64,000 bases of DNA from the IMG/VR virus record IMGVR_UViG_3300021197_001769. One strand, 5' to 3'. The DNA is from a virus. The stretch's first letter is position 1. Every line of letters starts with the position of its first letter. Shown here one piece after another: positions 56,528 through 64,000 of this stretch. A model generated the notes under the pieces. The model was not told the DNA's origin, did no database searches, and was given only the letters and a program-made list of their open reading frames with translations. Both the position numbers and the translations under genes were made by a program.

Positions 56528-57257
56528 CTTTATGAAAAGAATGATACATGCAGTTGTTTATAATTTTTTGTCTGTCTGGCTCTTCATTAAGTATATTTGT
56601 TTCTAAATCTTCCATTTTAAATGATGCAAAGAACGCAGGACAATACTTATAACTTATTGTGGGAACGCCTTTTATTATAGCATCAATTGCTAAGTTAGAA
56701 CCGAAACTAACAACACAATAAGCTTTTCTTAATTGGTCATCCCAAGAAGGAGCTTTCTTACCCTTAGCGGGTTTAGGTCTTACTATAAAATTTCTATCTG
56801 TATATGCATTCATTGTATGTATGAGTTGATTAACCCAATTTACTTCTTCAAAAGCATCCATATATGGTAACGATGGAGGAAGAATAAGAATGTTCTTTCC
56901 AGACCATCTATTCTCTCTCCAAGGTTGCAACACACTTAGCTCCGGTGGTGTTCTGTCATTAGGTCTATCTAATAATCTAGTAGGTGCAGTACCTTTAAAT
57001 GTAACTCTCTTCCAATAAGGACCATAACCATTATCCATATAAAACCAATTTTTATCTTGTCTTACAGACTCTCTACATACTGCTCCACAACCTCTTAATG
57101 TTCCAGTAACAAATAAATTATCCATATCATCTGGAAAAGCAGGTATCCAATCTTTTCTGTCTTCACACATTAAGTATTGAGTTCTATCTTGAGTAAGCAT
57201 ATTAAGCATTACTTGCTTAGACGTTTTAGGATCTAAATATGCATAATCTATCCCCAT
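56469..57257 (-). CDS. KpsS/KpsC-like capsule-biosynthesis protein (paralog 4)
   Basis: DNGY, ILILPPS, VRPKP, VVSFGS..AIDAI..GVP. Confidence 0.55.
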   Translation of the reverse strand: MGIDYAYLDPKTSKQVMLNMLTQDRTQYLMCEDRKDWIPAFPDDMDNLFVTGTLRGCGAVCRESVRQDKNWFYMDNGYGPYWKRVTFKGTAPTRLLDRPNDRTPPELSVLQPWRENRWSGKNILILPPSLPYMDAFEEVNWVNQLIHTMNAYTDRNFIVRPKPAKGKKAPSWDDQLRKAYCVVSFGSNLAIDAIIKGVPTISYKYCPAFFASFKMEDLETNILNEEPDRQKIINNCMYHSFHKDEFRNGFAWETSMENAYGS

Positions 57258-58168
57258 ATTTGTACTCTTTCTTTAGAAAAACCTACGTCTTTTCTTCTTC
57301 CTTTAACATGATCCATATACTCACCTAATATACCTTTTACAAAAGGATGCATCTTTCTTACTTGAGTTTGATCTATTTTTACTTTAGCATTCTTAGCAGG
57401 TTGAGATAAGTCATATGCTTTACACGTGCTAGCTTCTCTCATTTCTCTCATTTCATGATCCCATATAATACTATCATGCCAACCTAAGTCATTATATTTT
57501 TCAAACATAAGTCCTTCATCATACATAGCTCTTATACGTTTAAAGTATTCTTTAGTTTCAGGTAATGTAGTATCCCAAATCATAAAACCACATTCAGCAT
57601 ACTTATAGCCTCTTTCTAATAAAGACATAAAGCATCCTTCTTTGACTAATGTTTGAAAGAACTCTAATGGAATAGTTTTAACAGGAACAACATCACCATC
57701 TATCCAACCAATATATCTAGCATCATCTTTTCTATTTTCATAGTGAGACAATACAGCATAAACTTTGTGGCTAAATCTTACATGCTCATATTCAAAACTT
57801 TTATATTGTTTATCAACAGGTTTTCTTCCTGCATATTTTTCTTTATATTCTTTATACCCAGTAACTTCTTTATCGAAATCTAAAATTTTTATCTTCTTAG
57901 GTTCTAAATCTACATTAGTTTCTTGCGCATAAGCATAATGATTTACACCCTCAGGAAGAGCTTGATCAAAATAATGAATATGATTTCTAGCGTACCTGTC
58001 ATAACCTGCTTGGTGAAACGTAGTACAAAAACTAAAAGTGGCCAAGAGCTTTTCCTTTCTTAATATAATAATCCCATATACCAGCATCTTTCCATTCGTT
58101 AAGATGCCATGTAGTATATGCCCAGTTATACAACTGTTGCTGTCTTTTATCCCAGTTAACTTTATCAA
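57248..58168 (-). CDS. putative glycosyltransferase (DxD)
   Basis: VRFSHKVYA, WIDGD, ECGF, WHDS, H.KG.RK; true start is probably downstream of the ORF-track start. Confidence 0.65.
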   Translation of the reverse strand: MIKLTGIKDSNSCITGHILHGILTNGKMLVYGIIILRKEKLLATFSFCTTFHQAGYDRYARNHIHYFDQALPEGVNHYAYAQETNVDLEPKKIKILDFDKEVTGYKEYKEKYAGRKPVDKQYKSFEYEHVRFSHKVYAVLSHYENRKDDARYIGWIDGDVVPVKTIPLEFFQTLVKEGCFMSLLERGYKYAECGFMIWDTTLPETKEYFKRIRAMYDEGLMFEKYNDLGWHDSIIWDHEMREMREASTCKAYDLSQPAKNAKVKIDQTQVRKMHPFVKGILGEYMDHVKGRRKDVGFSKERVQIWG

Positions 58169-58991
58169 TAGATTCTAATAAAGTTAAATCTTGCTCACAA
58201 GCTTTGTAAGCAATACATCTCTCATCTAAAGCAAAGGTTGGGATACCTTCAACGATTGATTCAACAGCAGCAGAAGAGCTATGTGTAACAACAGCGAAAG
58301 AGCCACGGATACTATCCAAGACTTCTCTACGCGCTCTATCAGCATATTCAATCGTAACGTCTTTAAAACCTTCTGCGATTTTATTTGGACGTTCTCTATC
58401 AGGGTTCGGATGCGCTCTGAGTACAATAGGCCTATCTGTAATTTTTCTAATTTCTTCAACTTTATTCCTTGCATATTGCCAGAAAGGTATACTATCATTA
58501 TACTGCCATCCTTTTTCTGATTGAAGTAAAAATAGTATACTACCGTCTTTATTTGTTATAGGATCTTTTTCTGTAAAGTTAAATAATTTTTTGAATGTCT
58601 TATATCTTTGACCTGGCATATTTTCATTTAGAAAATCACCTGTACCACAACAGTCATTAAGACCCATTCTAAACATCCAAGTTTCGTTCTGTTTAATTTT
58701 ATTTCTGACATAGACAGAAAACAATCCAGTATCGAAATGAAAGGTAGGAATTTTAGCAAGCAATAATTTATCTTTGAAAATAGCTCTAGTTGTATCTCTT
58801 TTTCTATTCGTTACTGAACCGAACATGATACAAAAGTCTGCTTTATCCATTAGACCTAAAAATGGTTTTGCTTCGACTGTATGACCCATTTTAATAAGAC
58901 AGGTTTCTATCTCAGCAAATGTATTAAAGATTGGATTCTCGAATACTCGTTTTTGCTCTTTAATTGAGCAACCAGCTATTTGAATTCTCAT
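58032..58991 (-). CDS. KpsS/KpsC-like capsule-biosynthesis protein (paralog 3)
   Basis: FLLQ, TDRPIVLRAHP, VVTHSSSAAVES..EGIP, AYT.W...E. Confidence 0.65.
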   Translation of the reverse strand: MRIQIAGCSIKEQKRVFENPIFNTFAEIETCLIKMGHTVEAKPFLGLMDKADFCIMFGSVTNRKRDTTRAIFKDKLLLAKIPTFHFDTGLFSVYVRNKIKQNETWMFRMGLNDCCGTGDFLNENMPGQRYKTFKKLFNFTEKDPITNKDGSILFLLQSEKGWQYNDSIPFWQYARNKVEEIRKITDRPIVLRAHPNPDRERPNKIAEGFKDVTIEYADRARREVLDSIRGSFAVVTHSSSAAVESIVEGIPTFALDERCIAYKACEQDLTLLESIDKVNWDKRQQQLYNWAYTTWHLNEWKDAGIWDYYIKKGKALGHF

Positions 58992-59802
58992 AACATATAC
59001 CTTCGCGCATTTCTTTAATAGAGTATTGTTTATAGGCTAAATTATAAAACAATTCTTCTCTATCATAGTATTCTGGTTTATTTATCTTGGAAAAATCTCT
59101 ATTAGTACACCATGCAGATGGTGCACATCTATGAGTACTGAAAACTGGAACTCCTATTTTCAAAGCATCTATAGCTACAATACTACCACTCACAACAACA
59201 GCATGTGCATTAGCTAAATCTAAACTTATTTGATTTATACCTGCTGCTGCAGGTCCACTAGTACCATTACCTCTAGGTTTTTTTCTTACTTCAATTGGTC
59301 TATTAGTATAACACCTGAGTGCTTCAGTAACATCTTTAATCCATACATCTACACTCTTACCATGCATATATTGAGTCATAGTTTCACTAGAAGGACATAT
59401 TACAATTTTATCATGGTAGTCTACATACTCAAAAAATTCAATATCATGTCCCCATTTATCGAATCTATCTGAAGGTACGTTTAATTTTCTGTTATCATGA
59501 AGACCATTGAAGCACCATCTCCAATATGTGTTATCCCAATCTTCATTATTAGGATCATACCTTCCATGATAAGGCATATCACAAAAGATAAATCTATCTT
59601 TAATCATATATTGTGGGTTGTTAGCTATGAGACCCCATAGTACATACATGTCAGTATTATGAGCGTTTATCTTTGCTCCTGGATAACCTTCTTCTAGAGC
59701 TTGGTATATCCTTTCCATCTTTGGAGACGGTCTTGGTTGTATTAGAGATAGGGTCGGAGTCTGTTCCATGGTATCCCTTCTGAAATTTCTTGTGGCCACC
59801 AC
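58960..59802 (-). CDS. KpsS/KpsC-like capsule-biosynthesis protein (paralog 2)
   Basis: IVICPSS, TNRPIEVRKKP, VVVSGS..AIDAL..GVP, LAY.QY...E. Confidence 0.55.
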   Translation of the reverse strand: MVATRNFRRDTMEQTPTLSLIQPRPSPKMERIYQALEEGYPGAKINAHNTDMYVLWGLIANNPQYMIKDRFIFCDMPYHGRYDPNNEDWDNTYWRWCFNGLHDNRKLNVPSDRFDKWGHDIEFFEYVDYHDKIVICPSSETMTQYMHGKSVDVWIKDVTEALRCYTNRPIEVRKKPRGNGTSGPAAAGINQISLDLANAHAVVVSGSIVAIDALKIGVPVFSTHRCAPSAWCTNRDFSKINKPEYYDREELFYNLAYKQYSIKEMREGICYENSNSWLLN

Positions 59803-60596
59803 TCTGTATGTACGTACTCATCAAGCCAGTCAGTACGATCAACTCTTGGTGGACTTTCGATATCCTTCCAATCACGTATAGATAAAGGATAAGCAAAACT
59901 AGCAGACCCAGTATAAACATGTACTCCATTTAAAGCTGCCTCCAATGCAGGTCCTGAACTATAGTTTACGACACACCATGATCTACTCATAATGTCTCTA
60001 AAGTTTACTGCATCACCAACACCAGTACTCTCTGGCATATCGTAAAATATTTTGCCAGTCAACTCGTCAGCAAGTTTATTCCAATTAGTAACCTTATCTC
60101 TAGGGTGTGGTCTAATAACTATAGGTTTATCAGTATACTTATTAATTTCTTTTACACATTGCTTGATCCATTCATCAGTAGGAGGCATTCCAAACCACTG
60201 ATGTGAATCTTGACGCTGTGTAGCTATCGTTATAAATTCGCCACTTTTTATATAAGGTCTTATAGCTAGGTTAAATTTATCTTTTCTTTTTCTATCTAAA
60301 TTATCTTTGTTTGCAAACTCTGCACTTCTATTTATTCCTCCAATACCTACTCTCCAGGTCTTGTCTCTAAATATACTCCCAACTTCTATTACTATTATAG
60401 GTTTATTTTGTTTAGTAAAATGTTGCCATACGTCTTTATTTTTTCTCATTCTTCCAGAAAATAAAATAGACCATATGACTGCTACATCAGCATCCATATC
60501 ATTGTACACAACTTCTTCGTTGCAGCCTTCTGCGAAAGCTTTGAATATAGGAGAGCTATTTAAGGCACCGTAATCGGTGAAGAGCGATACTTTCAT
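59742..60596 (-). CDS. KpsS/KpsC-like capsule-biosynthesis protein (paralog 1)
   Basis: IEVG, ATQ...S, TDKPIVIRPHP, VVNYSSGPALEA..NGV, EW...E. Confidence 0.65.
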   Translation of the reverse strand: MKVSLFTDYGALNSSPIFKAFAEGCNEEVVYNDMDADVAVIWSILFSGRMRKNKDVWQHFTKQNKPIIVIEVGSIFRDKTWRVGIGGINRSAEFANKDNLDRKRKDKFNLAIRPYIKSGEFITIATQRQDSHQWFGMPPTDEWIKQCVKEINKYTDKPIVIRPHPRDKVTNWNKLADELTGKIFYDMPESTGVGDAVNFRDIMSRSWCVVNYSSGPALEAALNGVHVYTGSASFAYPLSIRDWKDIESPPRVDRTDWLDEYVHTEWWPQEISEGIPWNRLRPYL

Positions 60597-60627
60597 AATA
60601 TAGTTATAGTAAGTTTAATTATTTTTT

Positions 60628-63399
60628 CTATAAGTCTTTAGCTGAATTATATGCTTTTTTTCTTTCATGATCAGAAACTTCTTTGAGACCTTTTAAGTTA
60701 GGTAAATCATCATCAGTCTTTAACTCATTTACTTTAGGTTTATTCATTGAATTTATAACATCAGCTCGAGCTTTCTTTTGAGCAGATTTAACCATTGCAC
60801 TATCATCCTTCTTAGCAGATTGCACTTGTGCATCAGTCATATCAGCTTCGTCTAACTCAGGTTTATTCTTAGCTGTTATAAGTCTTTCAACTGTTGTCTT
60901 AAATGCTGTTGTACGACCATCTACTACTTCTTTTATTCCAAGTTCTTTCATAGTTGATCTTCTTAAATTAGCGGGTAGACCCTGAACCAGTACCTTAGCT
61001 TCATCCTGACTCATTGTCTTGAGAGCTGCCATTGCCTTAGGCTCTAGCTTCCCACCTCTCATTTTCATGTCACCTTTTTTTAACTTAGACTTTTCTATCA
61101 TATAATCTGATACTTCGTCCTGTTTAAAAAATTCCATCTTCATATTTTTCATTTTTTTCTTTGCATCTTTAGGAGCAGGGAACTGTTTAGCAGTTTTACT
61201 ACCCTCAGGCTTTTGATTGTCGTCTAGACCATCAGCATTCTTGTCTTGAATCTCATCATGACCTTCATTCATTTTAGTAAGTTTTTTTACATGACCCATA
61301 AACTTTTTATCTTTTAAAGCAGGGCTGCCTTTATTTACAGTCACAGCATGCGGTTCATCATCACCCATAGCTGTATGGAATTTTACACCAGCATGATTAG
61401 ATTTTTTATGCATTGCGTGAGCGGAGTCTAAGTGATGTGAATTTAATTTATGATCACCATCCGCATAAGTATTATCTGAATATGTTCCATGATCTTCTGG
61501 AAGTGATCTATAGAAAGGATTATCACCAGTAAGAATTGAAGTAAAGTTTACTTGCTGAATTACATCAACTTTTTTTTTTGACTCTTGCACTTCAGCTTCT
61601 TTAGGAGGACCAAATTTAGATACGTTATCTATAATGTCTTCTTTCATACCCATTTTTTTTCTATACTCAGCTCGCTTTGCGTCTGATTGTGCATTAGCTC
61701 TTTTGACAGCGTCTTTAGATGCAATTGAACCTTTATTCTTATCTCTCCAACTATAATCTACACCTGGCATATCTGAAACTTTATTTCTTATACCATATCC
61801 AGATGATCGTGCTGTAACTTCTTTCACTGTATCTTCTTTTTGTCTCTCAGGATACTTCTCTTTTGTTTTAGGATCTACTTCGTCTTTATGTCCTTTAGGA
61901 ACAAAGTAGCTTACTCCAGTAGGGCCATAAGCCTTACCTTCTGGAACACAATTATTGACTCTTATTCCACCCTTCATTTTAGTACCTGCTTTCTTATAAC
62001 CATCCCAACAATTTGGATCTAATCTTTGTTTTTCAACAATTGCTTCTTCATTTGTTGACTCTTCACCTTCCATAGCTTTCATTCTAAAAGCTTTTCTGAC
62101 ATCTGCTTTAGGAGTCTTAACAATATCACCTATCATATCCATATTCTTCAACATCTTTCTAAGCTTAGCTTTAATCATACCTGCTGATGATGCTGTCATA
62201 TACATATCTGGAAGACCTGAAATGTTAACTTTAAAATACATTTCTTCATTCAAGTCTGACTCTGGTGTAATAAATTCTGCATATGGAGGAGCAAAAGTTT
62301 CTTTCTTCATTAATCTTTTAGTAGCTTTATCAATACCACCAACTCTTTTAGCTGCTTTTCTTTCAGGTCCTGTATCATAATTTTGATCAGGATGAGAACC
62401 TCCAGCACCAGCTATTGCATCAGCTCGTCCCTGGTTTGTACCTTTATGATAAACGTCTCTAGAAGCTTTACTAATATAGCTTGCAGCTGTATTTTTAGAA
62501 ATTTCATCAACTTGATTTATATCTTCTTTAGCTGCTTTTTTTATACCTTGCATTCTATTATCTATTTTAATATCATTTCTTTGAGCTTCTGGAGATGATC
62601 CTCCAAAAGGTTTAGAATAAGCCATGCCTTGAGAAAAACTTCTATCTTTTAAATTACTAACAGCTTTTTTAATATATCTACTTTTCATATCTTTAGAAAT
62701 TTCATCAATATTAGATTCAGTAGCATTTACTTTAGCTTTACCAATAACTTTTTTAGTAGCCATATCAAAACCTTTATCTCTTTTTGAAGATGCTGATTCC
62801 ATATCTTTTTTATGACCTGGTTCTTGACCTGATTTATCTAAATAATTATATATTTTATCTTTAGAAATTTCATCTATGTGATTTTTAAATTGATCTTTAA
62901 TCATTTTAATTTCCTCATTATATTCATTATCATATTTATCATTTTCGTTCATTGAAGGTCTTTTGAAACCATGTTTAGCTAGCACATCTTTATTCTTATC
63001 GTATGCATTTGTAGCTTTTTTAAGTTGTATTTTTAACTTAGGTTTGTTTTCTAAACTAGCCATTGAAGGCACTTTCTTATCTTCATCTGCTGATAATTTT
63101 GCTGCTATTGCCATTTGTCTTCTCTTTGTTTTTGATTTACCTTTAAATTGAGGAGCATCTGATTTGTAAAAATCATCTACAACATCACCCATATCAGCTG
63201 TCTTGACATTAATACCCTCTTTAAACAAATCAAAATGACCGAATTGGGACTCAGCGTCTTCGTGTGATATGTAATCTACTCTTACAATGTACTCACCATA
63301 CTTCTCTTTCATGTCGAGAGCTACTTGTGCTTTAGTTTTGCCTCTGATAAGAATTGGTGGTCTTATTTTATCTTTAAAGTCTACTCTAAATAATCTCAT
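60628..63399 (-). CDS. large low-complexity K/E/D-rich protein with internal repeats (candidate internal head protein)
   Basis: 923 aa, modular; three DEISK repeats; many (L/I/V/M)xE sites. Confidence 0.7.
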   Translation of the reverse strand: MRLFRVDFKDKIRPPILIRGKTKAQVALDMKEKYGEYIVRVDYISHEDAESQFGHFDLFKEGINVKTADMGDVVDDFYKSDAPQFKGKSKTKRRQMAIAAKLSADEDKKVPSMASLENKPKLKIQLKKATNAYDKNKDVLAKHGFKRPSMNENDKYDNEYNEEIKMIKDQFKNHIDEISKDKIYNYLDKSGQEPGHKKDMESASSKRDKGFDMATKKVIGKAKVNATESNIDEISKDMKSRYIKKAVSNLKDRSFSQGMAYSKPFGGSSPEAQRNDIKIDNRMQGIKKAAKEDINQVDEISKNTAASYISKASRDVYHKGTNQGRADAIAGAGGSHPDQNYDTGPERKAAKRVGGIDKATKRLMKKETFAPPYAEFITPESDLNEEMYFKVNISGLPDMYMTASSAGMIKAKLRKMLKNMDMIGDIVKTPKADVRKAFRMKAMEGEESTNEEAIVEKQRLDPNCWDGYKKAGTKMKGGIRVNNCVPEGKAYGPTGVSYFVPKGHKDEVDPKTKEKYPERQKEDTVKEVTARSSGYGIRNKVSDMPGVDYSWRDKNKGSIASKDAVKRANAQSDAKRAEYRKKMGMKEDIIDNVSKFGPPKEAEVQESKKKVDVIQQVNFTSILTGDNPFYRSLPEDHGTYSDNTYADGDHKLNSHHLDSAHAMHKKSNHAGVKFHTAMGDDEPHAVTVNKGSPALKDKKFMGHVKKLTKMNEGHDEIQDKNADGLDDNQKPEGSKTAKQFPAPKDAKKKMKNMKMEFFKQDEVSDYMIEKSKLKKGDMKMRGGKLEPKAMAALKTMSQDEAKVLVQGLPANLRRSTMKELGIKEVVDGRTTAFKTTVERLITAKNKPELDEADMTDAQVQSAKKDDSAMVKSAQKKARADVINSMNKPKVNELKTDDDLPNLKGLKEVSDHERKKAYNSAKDL

Positions 63400-63409
63400 G
63401 TTTTATTTA

Positions 63410-64000
63410 TTAAACTATTGAGTCTTTAATGTATGAGAAGTTGCCTTGCTTATAGAACTCGATAAGAGACTTAAATCTATCTCCAGTTTGATACTTATGA
63501 GATATAACCCATACGTTTGTACCTTCCATATCACCTATAATGTCCCATAGTATATCTGTAGCTTCAGCATCTAAAGAACTATCACCTACCTCATCCATAA
63601 TAAGTAGATTAGTATTAACAGAGTTCTTTAACTTAGCAATCTCTCTCCAAGTAAACATTAACGCAAGATCTATTCTCATCTTCTCTCCTTCTGAGAAAGA
63701 AGCATAACTAAAATGATCTCTATATCTACTCTTTATACTTTCGTTAAAGTTTTCGTCTAAGTTAAACGAATAGTTAGCACCCATTCTATCTAAGTACTTA
63801 TTGATAAGTTTATTCATAACAGGTAAGTATTGCTTTATGATTTTAGCTTTTATACCAGTATCTTTTAGTAATACTTTACACACTTCTAGATGATGCTTAA
63901 GTTCTAATTGTTGTAGAGACTTGGATTGTATTTCTTTTTTCTCTTCTTTTAATGCAGCTAGTTGTGCTTTAGCATCATTAAGAGATTTAGCATCAGCTTT
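63410..64000 (-). CDS. 46: recombination endonuclease ATPase subunit gp46 (Rad50/SbcC-like), 5' end outside the window
   Basis: LLKD.GIK..IIKQYLP, FSY.SFSEGEKMRIDLAL.F.WR, LLIMDEV.DSSLD, VISH; frame open to 64000. Confidence 0.95.
   Translation of the reverse strand, partial: KADAKSLNDAKAQLAALKEEKKEIQSKSLQQLELKHHLEVCKVLLKDTGIKAKIIKQYLPVMNKLINKYLDRMGANYSFNLDENFNESIKSRYRDHFSYASFSEGEKMRIDLALMFTWREIAKLKNSVNTNLLIMDEVGDSSLDAEATDILWDIIGDMEGTNVWVISHKYQTGDRFKSLIEFYKQGNFSYIKDSIV

Noticed and set aside
632-63151. Numerous 60-130 aa plus-strand ORFs and short nested minus-strand ORFs in the track (e.g. 632, 7676, 12055, 14808, 19228, 30658, 51837, 59657)
   Set aside because: They overlap well-supported genes in antisense or alternate frames and have no recognisable motifs; treated as shadow ORFs.
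1-64000. CRISPR array, integrase/transposon, or stop-codon reassignment
   Set aside because: No regularly spaced repeats or recombinase seen; core genes are full length in the standard code and TAG terminates genes such as nrdA normally.

Overview
This is a 64-kb segment of an AT-rich, large T4-like (myovirus-type) phage genome, with almost every gene on the minus strand. The host is probably an alphaproteobacterium, because the phage tmRNA carries both alpha-specific signatures. The window holds the T4-type replication/recombination core (gp46 partial, gp45, gp44, gp62, regA, gp43, gp61, nrdA/nrdB, uvsX, gp41, rnh), interleaved with accessory islands. (1) A 7-deazaguanine DNA-modification cluster: queD, queE, folE, yhhQ, a TGT/DpdA-like gene, queF, queC, a stand-alone class-II glutamine amidotransferase and a MazG-like gene, flanked by a candidate PD-(D/E)XK nuclease. 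(2) A ~15-kb glycan-building island: kdsA, four KpsS/KpsC-like paralogs, several glycosyltransferases, methyltransferases and an epimerase, with kdsB displaced into the replication core. (3) An asnB/carbamoyltransferase module. (4) Auxiliary genes guaC, a PRTase, SOD, clpP and hsp20. The window is rich in non-coding RNA that the ORF track misses: a circularly permuted two-piece tmRNA with an atypical 29-aa tag, a glutamine (glnA-class) riboswitch, a ROSE-like thermometer before hsp20, tRNA-Arg(UCU), and an unrecognised GC-rich pseudoknotted RNA behind its own early promoter. Three promoter classes (early, putative middle, late) are readable. All calls come from manual motif reading; no database searches were run.
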